Sequence record: OR637327.1
Length of the DNA stretch: 64,000 nt
Strand: one strand, 5' to 3'
Source: Klebsiella phage iPHaGe-KPN-11i
Both the position numbers and the translations under genes were made by a program. Position 1 is the stretch's first letter. Each line of letters begins with the position of its first letter. This document shows positions 53,645 to 62,676 of the stretch, piece after piece. The notes beneath the pieces were generated by a model. The model was not told the origin of the DNA, searched no databases, and saw nothing but the letters and a program-made list of their open reading frames with translations.

Positions 53645-54670
53645 ATGTATCTTGATATAGAGTTCGCAACTCGTATCATGGGATCATTACCACAAAGCGA
53701 AATCGTTCGACGGGGTGGGGAATTCAGTATCCATTCCCGTTGTCCGATTTGTGGCGACTCCATGAAGGATAAGCACAAAAAACGTTTTTGGATCTTTCCA
53801 TCAAAACGAGGCACACACATGATGTGTGGTTGTTTTAACTGCAACTACAGCAAGCCGTTTTCTGTGTTTCTGAAAGATTATTACCCGGATGATTACACGG
53901 CGTATTTGATGGAATCTTTCAAGGATCGTAAAGATTTAAAACAGACGCACGAAGAACCGCCGAAGGAAGAAAAGAAATATATTCCTGAATTGCAGTTCTG
54001 CGAACGTCTGGACACGTTGCCAGAAAATCACCCTATCGTTAAGTATGTTGCAGGTCGTCACATACCTAAAGACAAATATGATCGCCTCTGGTTTACGCGT
54101 CAATGGCAACACCTGGTTAACTCTGTGAATGCGGACGCATACCCTTTACCGAAGGATGAACCGCGTTTGGTGATCCCTATCTTTGATGCTAAGGGCAAAA
54201 TCGAATCATTCCAGGGACGCGCCTTGCGTGACAATGCCGCAGCCAAATACATGACAATCAAAGCGTGTGAGCACTCAACGAAAGTATATGGTCAAGATAC
54301 CATCGATCCGTTGAAACCTGTCTACCTGCTTGAAGGGCCGCTGGATAGCCTGTTTGTAGATAATGCTGGGGCGATTACGGGCGGACAAATGGCGTTGTCT
54401 GACGTTCCGTATAAAAATATGCGTGTCTGGGTTCTTGACAATGAACGACATCATCCAGATACTACTCACCGCCTTTTAAAATTGATTGAGGCTGGCGAAA
54501 AGGTTGTGTTGTGGGACAAATGCCCGTGGCCGTCAAAAGATATCAACGAAATGATAAAAACTGACGGCGCAACTAAACTTGAAATCATGCAGTATTTGAA
54601 AGAGAATACTGTTTCTGGACTCACGGCGAAACTTCGGTTTAAGTCGTGGGACAAATCACCGAAAAAATGA
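53645..54670 (+). CDS. 61: DNA primase gp61
   Basis: Zinc ribbon CPICGDS...CGCFNCNY, EPRLVIPIFDAKGKIESFQGRAL and TOPRIM VWVLDNERHHPDT match T4 gp61. Confidence 0.9.
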   Translation: MYLDIEFATRIMGSLPQSEIVRRGGEFSIHSRCPICGDSMKDKHKKRFWIFPSKRGTHMMCGCFNCNYSKPFSVFLKDYYPDDYTAYLMESFKDRKDLKQTHEEPPKEEKKYIPELQFCERLDTLPENHPIVKYVAGRHIPKDKYDRLWFTRQWQHLVNSVNADAYPLPKDEPRLVIPIFDAKGKIESFQGRALRDNAAAKYMTIKACEHSTKVYGQDTIDPLKPVYLLEGPLDSLFVDNAGAITGGQMALSDVPYKNMRVWVLDNERHHPDTTHRLLKLIEAGEKVVLWDKCPWPSKDINEMIKTDGATKLEIMQYLKENTVSGLTAKLRFKSWDKSPKK

Positions 54671-54677
54671 GATTGAT

Positions 54678-55211
54678 ATGACTGATAAAACTCCTGTTTT
54701 TAATAGCTGTGCGCACTTGGTTAAAGCCGATGATCTGGAAATGGTAGAAGGTTTCTACCGCAATGCATTACAGAACGGAATCGACCCGCTGCAAAAGATG
54801 CTTGACTTGCAAGATCATGCACAGCAAAGCCTGTCTGATACCCTGAATTGGGTTCCACGTCCGAACGAACTGCAAACGTGCGGTGATATCCTGGACTGGC
54901 TGAAACTGCAAGATGATGCGATCGCAGACGAAACCCGCGAACTTTACACCGCTCTGGGTGGTATGTCTCGCGGTGCAAAAGCGGCTTCCGGTGTATGGAA
55001 ACCGTGGAAAGCAAATCATCAAGAACTGCGTAGCCAGGTATTCGCAGAAATGAAAGAAGAAGACAAACTGGAAATCTTGTTTGAACTGATTGACCAGTGG
55101 CACTTCTTCATGTGTAAGTTCCTCGCGTTGGGACTGGATGCGGAAACCATCTACAAGCTGTATGCTCTGAAACAGGCGGAAAACCTGCGTCGTTGGGCGA
55201 ACAACTACTAA
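54678..55211 (+). CDS. 56: dCTP/dUTP pyrophosphatase gp56 (MazG-like)
   Basis: CAHL...DPLQKMLDLQ, TCGDILDW, ELYTALGGMSRGAKAASGVWKPWKA and EILFELIDQWHF parallel T4 gp56. Confidence 0.8.
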   Translation: MTDKTPVFNSCAHLVKADDLEMVEGFYRNALQNGIDPLQKMLDLQDHAQQSLSDTLNWVPRPNELQTCGDILDWLKLQDDAIADETRELYTALGGMSRGAKAASGVWKPWKANHQELRSQVFAEMKEEDKLEILFELIDQWHFFMCKFLALGLDAETIYKLYALKQAENLRRWANNY

Positions 55212-55393
55212 TGGAAATCGCCGCGCTTTATGCTGTATTCGTTTTGTCTTACATCTTATGCGCGGTGATAACGTATCTCTTCGGATGGTGCGTTTTCCAC
55301 GTTAACGGTGTTGACAGAAAAGCCGCTTTGATAGTAATATCATTGCTATGGGTTATAGGTTTTTTCTACGTCATCTATGAGGGGCGAAAATGA
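55193..55393 (+). CDS. small membrane protein
   Basis: 66 aa, 2 TM. Confidence 0.4.
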   Translation: MGEQLLMEIAALYAVFVLSYILCAVITYLFGWCVFHVNGVDRKAALIVISLLWVIGFFYVIYEGRK

Positions 55394-55677
55394 TTGACAA
55401 ATACTATATCATTGTTACGAAAGACAAAGACGGCTTTACTATTCCATACGTTGAAAACGGGAAAACGCCGGAACTGTTTGCATCACCGCAACTTGCAAAA
55501 GATAAATTAGATTTTATCCGCAAGTGCTACGAAACCAAACTGAACTACACGCCGGATGAACCGCGTTTCAGTTTCTTCCGCAAAACCGAGCAACTACCAG
55601 CAACCGAAGAACAGAAAAAAGAGATGCGTTGGTTTATTGAGAATTCGAAAATTCAAGGGGTATTACTCAAATTATGA
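55390..55677 (+). CDS. hypothetical protein
   Basis: 95 aa, ATGA-coupled. Confidence 0.45.
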   Translation: MIDKYYIIVTKDKDGFTIPYVENGKTPELFASPQLAKDKLDFIRKCYETKLNYTPDEPRFSFFRKTEQLPATEEQKKEMRWFIENSKIQGVLLKL

Positions 55678-57005
55678 GCGAGTTAACATTTGATGATCTG
55701 AGTGACGATCAGAAGTCCGCGCATGATCGCGTTATCCACAACATCCAGAACGCCATTCATACAACTATTACGGGTGGCCCTGGTGTTGGTAAAACAACAC
55801 TGGTTAAGTTTGTCTTTAACACTCTGAAAGGGTTGGGGATTAGCGGTATTTGGTTAACTGCCCCAACACACCAGGCTAAAAACGTGTTAGCAGCGGCTAC
55901 CGGAATGGACGCAACAACGATTCATTCTGCATTGAAGATTAGCCCTGTGACTAACGAAGAACTGCGTGTGTTCGAACAGCAGAAAGGCAAGAAAGCGCCT
56001 GATCTGTCTACCTGTCGCGTGTTCGTTGTTGAAGAAGTCTCGATGGTTGATATGGATCTGTTCCGAATCATCCGGCGCAGTATTCCAAGCAACGCTGTTA
56101 TTCTGGGACTGGGTGATAAAGATCAGATCCGTCCGGTAAACGCCGATGGACGTGTTGAACTCTCCCCGTTCTTTGATGAAGAAATCTTTGATGTTATCCG
56201 TATGGATAAAATCATGCGTCAGGCAGAAGGGAACCCGATTATTCAGGTTTCACGGGCTGTACGTGATGGTAAGATGCTGAAACCGATGTCTGTCGGTGAT
56301 CTGGGTGTGTTCCAACATGCTAACGCTGTTGACTTCCTCCGTCAGTATTTCCGCCGTGTTAAAACGCCGGATGACTTGATCGAGAACCGCATGTTCGCGT
56401 ACACTAACGACAACGTGGACAAGCTGAACGCAACGATCCGCAAACACCTGTACAAAACAACAGAACCTTTCATTCTCGATGAAGTGATCGTGATGCAGGA
56501 ACCGTTAGTTCAGGAAATGCGGTTGAACGGGCAAATCTTCACCGAGATTGTTTATAACAACAACGAAAAAATCCGAGTCTTAGAAATCATCCCGCGTCGG
56601 GAAGTTATCAAGGCGGAGAAGTGCGACGAGAAGATCGAAATTGAATTCTATCTCCTGAAAACGGTATCGCTCGAAGAGGAAACCGAAGCACAGATTCAGG
56701 TTGTTGTTGATCCGGTGATGAAAGACCGTTTGGGTAACTATCTGGCTTACGTTGCGAGCACTTATAAGCGCATCAAGCAACAAACAGGCTATAAAGCCCC
56801 GTGGCATTCGTTCTGGGCGATTAAAAACAAGTTCCAGGATGTTAAGCCTCTTCCGGTTTGTACTTACCACAAATCACAGGGGAGCACGTATGACCATGCG
56901 TACATGTACACGCGCGATGCGTATGCGTTCGCAGATTACGATCTGTGTAAGCAGTTAATCTATGTGGGCGTAACCCGCGCACGTTACACCGTTGATTATG
57001 TATAA
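55674..57005 (+). CDS. dda: SF1B DNA helicase Dda
   Basis: TFDDLSDDQKSAHD, Walker A GGPGVGKTT, APTHQAKNVL and C-terminal YVGVTRARYTVDYV are collinear with T4 Dda. Confidence 0.9.
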   Translation: MSELTFDDLSDDQKSAHDRVIHNIQNAIHTTITGGPGVGKTTLVKFVFNTLKGLGISGIWLTAPTHQAKNVLAAATGMDATTIHSALKISPVTNEELRVFEQQKGKKAPDLSTCRVFVVEEVSMVDMDLFRIIRRSIPSNAVILGLGDKDQIRPVNADGRVELSPFFDEEIFDVIRMDKIMRQAEGNPIIQVSRAVRDGKMLKPMSVGDLGVFQHANAVDFLRQYFRRVKTPDDLIENRMFAYTNDNVDKLNATIRKHLYKTTEPFILDEVIVMQEPLVQEMRLNGQIFTEIVYNNNEKIRVLEIIPRREVIKAEKCDEKIEIEFYLLKTVSLEEETEAQIQVVVDPVMKDRLGNYLAYVASTYKRIKQQTGYKAPWHSFWAIKNKFQDVKPLPVCTYHKSQGSTYDHAYMYTRDAYAFADYDLCKQLIYVGVTRARYTVDYV

Positions 57006-57031
57006 GGGGCGTTGCCCCTTTTGAGGTTATT

Positions 57032-57346
57032 ATGAAATTGACTATCCTTGTAAAAGACATTCCCCGAATTCTGGAAGCTCTCGATAAAATTCGAGAAAAA
57101 GACCCACACGCGATCACCATGTTCGGGATGTATAGCGCAGCAGATCCAAGCGAAGTTATTCACCGTTTGCGCTTCATTGAAAAGTCTAACGATGTTCTTT
57201 ATTCTCCGAACGGGCCAAGTTATTCATGGTCTCCTATTGCAAAAGAAGTTGAACTGACTTATGATGAATATGGCGTTATCGTGCTGATCCTTAGAATGGC
57301 ACGAAACATTCGTGAAGATAAAGACATATGGACACTAATATCATGA
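57032..57346 (+). CDS. hypothetical protein
   Basis: 104 aa. Confidence 0.45.
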   Translation: MKLTILVKDIPRILEALDKIREKDPHAITMFGMYSAADPSEVIHRLRFIEKSNDVLYSPNGPSYSWSPIAKEVELTYDEYGVIVLILRMARNIREDKDIWTLIS

Positions 57347-57639
57347 AAAAAGATGTATCTATCCAGATCCCACGCCTCCACGCGGAAGCAATTGCAGACC
57401 TGATTTTCAAAACTCCACGCACAGACCTTCCGGTGAATATTGATATTGATTTGCTCTATGAATTCATGGAAGCTGTTGAAAATGCAAGCCGCCTGGAAAA
57501 AGCGATCTATCATTGCGGTTTGCGTCAGTTCGGAATGATGTCAATGGCTAGCGAAGAGATCCGAACATTCGACATCAACCCAGAAGTTGCGCTTACGCTG
57601 GCATACTTCATGGAAGAGTACAAGCGGAGAAGTTCATGA
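57328..57639 (+). CDS. hypothetical protein
   Basis: 103 aa. Confidence 0.45.
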   Translation: MDTNIMKKDVSIQIPRLHAEAIADLIFKTPRTDLPVNIDIDLLYEFMEAVENASRLEKAIYHCGLRQFGMMSMASEEIRTFDINPEVALTLAYFMEEYKRRSS

Positions 57640-58307
57640 GTCATTTACCCGTAGATTACGTATGGGATTATGAAACGGTTGGTCCTTCCCCGAACGGGAA
57701 GGTGATCGAACTCTCATACGTTCCGTTTGTTGATGATCCACACAACCCGCCAACGTTCGCGGAACTGGTTGCAAGGGGACGCAAATACAAATTCGATTTG
57801 CGTAATCAGCCCGATCGTATTGCCGATCAGGGAACAATCGCCTGGTGGAAACAACAAAGCGAAGAAGCCCGCACAATCCTGAAACCGTCGCCGGAGGATT
57901 TGGAACTGTATGCAGGACACAGACAATTCTTCGAAGACCTGAAAGCGGACGGTGTGAGCCGTTGGCAATCACTCGATTACGTTCGCGGCCCTGAATTCGA
58001 TCGCGGTATCCTGGTTGATATCGTGCGTAAGATGGTTGGTAAGATCGACATCTTCGAAGATATGCCGACCGTGTTCTGGAATAGTCGCGATGTGCGTACA
58101 TGTATCGAAAACCGCCTGTTAACGCGTGATGCTTCGACCTGTCCTCTTCGGAAAGGGTTACTTGATGGTTTTGTGATGCATAATTCAATTCACGATTGCG
58201 CGAAAGATGTTTTGATGATAGTCTATTCATTGAGATATGCGCTGGGGCTGGAAGAACCCCCAAGTGAAGAAGAAACCGATCCATTGAGTCTGCCGAGGAA
58301 AAGATGA
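57636..58307 (+). CDS. dexA: exonuclease A (DexA; DnaQ-like 3'-5' exonuclease)
   Basis: VDYVWDYETVG (Exo I DxE) and later H-x4-D motifs; 223 aa (T4 DexA is 227 aa). Confidence 0.7.
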   Translation: MSHLPVDYVWDYETVGPSPNGKVIELSYVPFVDDPHNPPTFAELVARGRKYKFDLRNQPDRIADQGTIAWWKQQSEEARTILKPSPEDLELYAGHRQFFEDLKADGVSRWQSLDYVRGPEFDRGILVDIVRKMVGKIDIFEDMPTVFWNSRDVRTCIENRLLTRDASTCPLRKGLLDGFVMHNSIHDCAKDVLMIVYSLRYALGLEEPPSEEETDPLSLPRKR

Positions 58308-58585
58308 TTAAATTATCATTTGTAGGTAAAACTGTACATGCAAAAACACTGAACGAAGCAAAAGCGCAGATGTTTGACATTCTCATGAACCCCGCGTTCG
58401 TTAAAGTCGAATACGATGAATATGTTGTTCAGCCTGGCGATAGCATGTATTCAATCGCTGAAAAATTATACGGTCGTGGTGAGCGCTGGCAGTCCATCGC
58501 TAAGTTGAACCGTAAAACCGTTAGCAATGCAAGCTATATCCTTCCGGGGATGGTTCTGAAATTGCCTCAGTTAGTCGAATTATGA
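58304..58585 (+). CDS. small LysM-domain protein
   Basis: YVVQPGDSMYSIAEKLYGRGERWQSIAKLNRKTVSNASYILPGMVLKLP is a canonical LysM motif. Confidence 0.7.
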   Translation: MIKLSFVGKTVHAKTLNEAKAQMFDILMNPAFVKVEYDEYVVQPGDSMYSIAEKLYGRGERWQSIAKLNRKTVSNASYILPGMVLKLPQLVEL

Positions 58586-58588
58586 TAA

Positions 58589-58653
58589 AAAGCCCTTGCA
58601 TTCGTGCAGGGGCTTTGTTATTTTGTAGGGACTGAAACAAAAGAGGATAAAAC
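58589..58653 (+). promoter_or_regulatory. hairpin + promoter-like cassette (TTGTTATTTT)
   Basis: aaaagcccttgcattcgtgcaggggctttgttattttgtag; same hairpin family as 4056 and 44658. Confidence 0.45.
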
Positions 58654-58797
58654 ATGTTTGGTGATTTGAAAGAAGGTTTGAACATTTTAATTGGATTCGC
58701 GATCATTGGTGTGATTGCTTGTGTGTCCGGCGCGGTGTGGTTGTCTTATCAGGCGATCGTGTGGTTGGGCGAATGGCTTCACATTCTGGCACAGTAA
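58654..58797 (+). CDS. small membrane peptide (47 aa)
   Basis: ATG with AAGAGGA SD; single TM helix; ORF is below the track threshold. Confidence 0.3.
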   Translation: MFGDLKEGLNILIGFAIIGVIACVSGAVWLSYQAIVWLGEWLHILAQ

Positions 58798-58806
58798 GGG
58801 GATATT

Positions 58807-59016
58807 ATGCGTTTATGTTTAGTTGGTGTAGGTTTCGGTCGTGCGTTAACTCAAGGGTTAATCGACTCAATCCGCTGGATTCAACCAAGCGTTGAACTGT
58901 ACGCAATGCCGAACCGGATCGAATACTCTGATCCGACACCGTACAAAATGAAACCGTATCAAGCGCCACGCGTTAACCGTGTGCTACACCGTCAATCTGT
59001 AAACAGGGGTAAGTGA
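58807..59016 (+). CDS. hypothetical protein
   Basis: 69 aa. Confidence 0.4.
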   Translation: MRLCLVGVGFGRALTQGLIDSIRWIQPSVELYAMPNRIEYSDPTPYKMKPYQAPRVNRVLHRQSVNRGK

Positions 59017-59321
59017 TGAAAGAGCTTACGATCGTCGCAGCAGTTCTGATTTTCATCATAGTTTCAATGATTATCGTCAGACTGTACCAGCACGGGGAAG
59101 CGTTTGAATGGTTCCTGGATCACGACAAAGCGTTTCGAAAGCATTTCGCTGGTGAGTTCATCTTTACTCATGTAAGCGTAGCAAGCGGTACGGTAACGTT
59201 TGATTTTGACGGGAAATGGAAATCATACCATGTTGAACTCTCCCTTATGGATGCTAAACGCGTGTATGATGCCACACAAAACGGCGGTATGCGAAAGATG
59301 CTTATACCACTGGCAAAATAA
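59013..59321 (+). CDS. N-terminally membrane-anchored hypothetical protein
   Basis: 102 aa, TM helix at residues 4-24. Confidence 0.45.
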   Translation: MMKELTIVAAVLIFIIVSMIIVRLYQHGEAFEWFLDHDKAFRKHFAGEFIFTHVSVASGTVTFDFDGKWKSYHVELSLMDAKRVYDATQNGGMRKMLIPLAK

Positions 59322-59388
59322 TTTTAATAGCCTCTTGCAATGCAAGAGGCTTTTTTGTATATTGCGCACATACCAAAAGGAGGCAACT

Positions 59389-59874
59389 ATGACACGTATT
59401 AACACAATCGATCCTTCTCTTCTGCTGAACGAACACCTGATCGCAGAACTGCGCGAACTCCCTCGCATCCCCAATGCCGTTTTATCCGGTAAGGCAAAAA
59501 TCAACCTGTCAAAAATCCCTGCTGTGTATACGCTGGGAACCGGACACGTAACCTTCTTTTACAATAAGCTGGGATACCTTCGCGATCGTCATGTTGCATT
59601 ACGTGCTGAATACCTCACGCGTAACGGTAAAGAATACATGGACGGTGCATACGAAGATTTCGATCTTAGTCCGCTGTCAAACTCCCTGTTTCATCGTCAT
59701 TTGTGCGCGGACTGGCAACCAACGCCGGAATCAGTGAAAATCAATGTTGAGCGTATCCGTGAACGTTTCGAACTGCGCAAACGTGCTTATCGGTTCGGTA
59801 CTGAGATCATCAACGACGAAGCGGCATGGGATACGTATTACGAAAAATTAAAAGAAAAATACGATTTTCTTTGA
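59389..59874 (+). CDS. denV: endonuclease V (pyrimidine-dimer DNA glycosylase DenV)
   Basis: MTRINTIDPSLLLNEHLIAELRELPRI...LGTGHVTFFYNKLGYLRDRH matches T4 DenV ([27 protein letters not shown]...[20 protein letters not shown]); AGGAGG SD. Confidence 0.85.
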   Translation: MTRINTIDPSLLLNEHLIAELRELPRIPNAVLSGKAKINLSKIPAVYTLGTGHVTFFYNKLGYLRDRHVALRAEYLTRNGKEYMDGAYEDFDLSPLSNSLFHRHLCADWQPTPESVKINVERIRERFELRKRAYRFGTEIINDEAAWDTYYEKLKEKYDFL

Positions 59875-59875
59875 T

Positions 59876-59948
59876 TTGGGTATTGACCCAAATTTCGATA
59901 TGCAGTATATTACACACATCGAAACGAAACAGACAAAAGGAACGCATC
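59876..59948 (+). promoter_or_regulatory. PeSL-like early promoter cassette (TTGACC-16-TATATT) with conserved leader ACACATCGAAACGAAACAGACAAAAGGAACG
   Basis: Sigma70-type hexamers; the leader is reverse-complement identical to 13640-13680 and matches 33883-33920. Confidence 0.65.
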
Positions 59949-60110
59949 ATGAAAAACTTAGAAGCCAAAGTAGTTAAAGTCCTGGTTAAGAACGGTTTCA
60001 ACGAAAACGACGCGGTAGCAATGGTTGAAAAGAATCTGAATGATGCGTTGAAAGTTAGACCAGAAGCAAAACCTGCTAAACTCGCAGAGGTGATTGTATG
60101 CATCATGTAA
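59949..60110 (+). CDS. hypothetical protein (53 aa)
   Basis: ATG 59949 immediately after the conserved leader/SD. Confidence 0.4.
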   Translation: MKNLEAKVVKVLVKNGFNENDAVAMVEKNLNDALKVRPEAKPAKLAEVIVCIM

Positions 60111-60301
60111 AAGTAAGCATCAAGGATATCACGGTGGGTGACACCGTGATCCACGAAGGGAAAATGAAGACTGTCGGGAAAAACGATATCAAGCACGACC
60201 CTTTGTTTGGTGTTCTCCTGTTCGGTGATAGTTTCAACTTGGGGAGAACTTTTATTGACCGGGTTATTTTCCCGAAATGGTATCAAGGGAAACGGGTTTA
60301 A
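60098..60301 (+). CDS. hypothetical protein
   Basis: 67 aa. Confidence 0.4.
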   Translation: MHHVKVSIKDITVGDTVIHEGKMKTVGKNDIKHDPLFGVLLFGDSFNLGRTFIDRVIFPKWYQGKRV

Positions 60302-60304
60302 CAA

Positions 60305-60386
60305 ATAGCACTTTTTGCTAAAGACTTCACGGGATAGCTTTGATATAGTTATCCCATCGAAACGAAACAGACTTTAGGAGATTGCC
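60305..60386 (+). promoter_or_regulatory. PeSL-like cassette (AGCACTTTTTGCTAAAGA MotA-box-like, leader CCATCGAAACGAAACAGAC)
   Basis: The upstream half is identical to the minus-strand copy at 13700-13722; the leader carries the conserved ATCGAAACGAAACAGAC box. Confidence 0.55.
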
Positions 60387-60719
60387 ATGTATACTTTTGA
60401 CGAACTGAAAGCCGCAGCACAGCCTTTACTGGATGCGATGTTCAAAGCCCGTAACGGTGGCGCATTCGAAAACGAATTCTTTGAAACTGTTTTCGTTCTG
60501 GAAAAAGGCCGTAAGTATCATCGTATTGTGCAGGATACTCGCAACAAACAGACTGGTGAAATGTTCGATCAGCGTTCAGTTGCTGGTTTCCTGGACAATG
60601 ACGGCAATATCCTGAAAGCCGCAGGATGGAAAGCACCTGCTAAGGGTATTCGCGGTAATATCTTCAACAACCCAGAGAACGCGATCGACCGTAGCGGTTA
60701 CGTTCGCTATCTTCGCTAA
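60387..60719 (+). CDS. hypothetical protein
   Basis: 110 aa, followed by a GC hairpin at 60723-60742. Confidence 0.5.
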   Translation: MYTFDELKAAAQPLLDAMFKARNGGAFENEFFETVFVLEKGRKYHRIVQDTRNKQTGEMFDQRSVAGFLDNDGNILKAAGWKAPAKGIRGNIFNNPENAIDRSGYVRYLR

Positions 60720-60751
60720 AATCGGGGCTTCGGCCCCTTTGGAATATTAAA

Positions 60752-61342
60752 ATGAAACTATCAGCGACCGCAAGTTGGTCAATCTTCGGACTGATAGCCG
60801 CAGGGGTTTTATTCTTCGCATGGCAATCAAGAGATCCGAACAAAGCGGCGTATGAAGCCGCACAACGAGTAGTAGAACAGGATGCAGAAGCGCAACACGA
60901 AGCAATGTTAAAACAACGTCGTGATATGGGCTTTGTGGAGACTGTGAGTTACACAAACGCTTTTGGTGATGTCACCACGCGCTCTGTAAACGTCTTAGGG
61001 CGCACGAAAGGGACAATGCTCACCATCAGACGGGAAGGAACCGGAAAGCTCGTAGACGTGTGTTTCAGCGCGATTACGGACGATTCCAAACGCGAACTAT
61101 TCGCCCCGTATTTTTCTACGCCAGTCTATGCTAAATTTGACGGCGGAGAAACAAAAGAGTTTAGCGCAAGCAGAGGAAGTACCGAAGATTTCCTGTGTAT
61201 TACTTCCCCGCAACGTTTCCTTTTCAATATGGATCGTGCTAATGTTATGCAAGTCCAGTTAGTATTCCTGGATCATTACTCCAAAGTGCCGGAAGTGCAT
61301 GAATGGAACCTGTCAACATATAATGAGGTTGTGAAGAAATGA
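60752..61342 (+). CDS. membrane-anchored/periplasmic hypothetical protein
   Basis: 196 aa with N-terminal signal-anchor helix. Confidence 0.5.
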   Translation: MKLSATASWSIFGLIAAGVLFFAWQSRDPNKAAYEAAQRVVEQDAEAQHEAMLKQRRDMGFVETVSYTNAFGDVTTRSVNVLGRTKGTMLTIRREGTGKLVDVCFSAITDDSKRELFAPYFSTPVYAKFDGGETKEFSASRGSTEDFLCITSPQRFLFNMDRANVMQVQLVFLDHYSKVPEVHEWNLSTYNEVVKK

Positions 61343-61638
61343 GCAGACGCCCAAAGAACAGCAAAACCGAAATGTTTGCAACGTTTGATGTAAACGGAAA
61401 GAACATTGAGGGTAAACCATGCACGAACTCAAAGTTTATGCATATCGCCGGATTGCCTGGCATGAGTGTTAAGACTTCGTATGATTGTCATTACAACGAA
61501 GAAACCACCTCTGTTTATTTGGGCGAAGAACTCATGGCTGAACGCGTCATGCAGTGTGTGCATTTCCCTGGTGAACGTCCAGAAGTGAACTGTTTTATTG
61601 TTGGTTATCATAAAGGTATTGTAAATGAGCAAGTATAA
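61339..61638 (+). CDS. hypothetical Cys-containing protein
   Basis: 99 aa, ATGA-coupled. Confidence 0.45.
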   Translation: MSRRPKNSKTEMFATFDVNGKNIEGKPCTNSKFMHIAGLPGMSVKTSYDCHYNEETTSVYLGEELMAERVMQCVHFPGERPEVNCFIVGYHKGIVNEQV

Positions 61639-62224
61639 AGTTGGCGATATGTACGCCCCGAAATCTATTTTAATGGCTGTGTGTCAAATGGCATCAGAAG
61701 CCGATCCGATTCGTCGTATGTATGACGCGTTGCGTAAGAATCCGATGGACTTCAATTCACCACGCCGGATCAGTATGGTGTATGAAGAAACAGGGATTCT
61801 TTATCTTGAAGGTATTCCCGTTCCTGTAAAGTTCAACGATATGAAAGGGCTTTTCAATCCGGTATGGGTTGCACCAGAACCGGAAACTGAAATTACGATC
61901 CACGTCAATAAAGGTGAGGAAGTACCGCGCGAAAATTCCGCTGTAGTTCTGGATAAGTTTTTCAAGACCGCTCATAGCGTCAAAAAACGAACCGTTAGCG
62001 ACGTGGTTCACCACCTGTCCGCAGAGGTTGGGGAGATCTCCGAATGTCTCGTTCAGCCTCAACGCGGCGGTGATATCGTCGAAGAAAGCGTTGATGCGAT
62101 CGTGTGCGCACTGGATGTGATTTACCTGAAACTGAGTACAACCCACGGGACGACAGAAATCGCGCAAGTGATCAATAAACTGCTTGATAAGAAATTAGAT
62201 AAGTGGTACTCTACTTGTAGTTAA
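61625..62224 (+). CDS. protein with C-terminal MazG-like all-alpha NTP pyrophosphohydrolase-like segment
   Basis: VVHHLSAEVGEISECL...IVEESVDAIVCALDVIYL resembles the EExxE...E..D metal-binding helices of MazG/HisE-type NTP-PPases. Confidence 0.45.
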   Translation: MSKYKVGDMYAPKSILMAVCQMASEADPIRRMYDALRKNPMDFNSPRRISMVYEETGILYLEGIPVPVKFNDMKGLFNPVWVAPEPETEITIHVNKGEEVPRENSAVVLDKFFKTAHSVKKRTVSDVVHHLSAEVGEISECLVQPQRGGDIVEESVDAIVCALDVIYLKLSTTHGTTEIAQVINKLLDKKLDKWYSTCS

Positions 62225-62244
62225 TCAATTACGAGGATCGGATC

Positions 62245-62676
62245 ATGTTGGTTTATCGCGTTGAATTGAAAGCGTCTATATTATCCAAATATGATGGATG
62301 GTGTAAGCAATTAGGCCCGTATACGGGTTGTGTCGGTGATGAAGACGATCTCTATGAGTATCTCGATATTCATGGAATCGAGTTCGGTTTAAACTTCGGT
62401 ATCTCCGAGACTCGTCACCCCGCACCATGCGAAGACCTTCGTTTAATGCGTAACCTCAAAAAACATGGTAAAAATTATCGTAGCTATATTTTCGGCTTCT
62501 CTTCATTGCAGAAGTTGTCTAAATGGTTCGATAGCTGGGAGCGGCAAATTTTGGAGAATCAGGGATATATTTGTATGGTGTACGAAACTGATCTCATGTT
62601 TGCAGGGAACAAACAATGTGTTTTCAGCAAAGCCGCAACCCCGATCCGTTTTATTCCATTGTCAGAGATTTATTAA
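62245..62676 (+). CDS. hypothetical protein
   Basis: 143 aa. Confidence 0.45.
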   Translation: MLVYRVELKASILSKYDGWCKQLGPYTGCVGDEDDLYEYLDIHGIEFGLNFGISETRHPAPCEDLRLMRNLKKHGKNYRSYIFGFSSLQKLSKWFDSWERQILENQGYICMVYETDLMFAGNKQCVFSKAATPIRFIPLSEIY

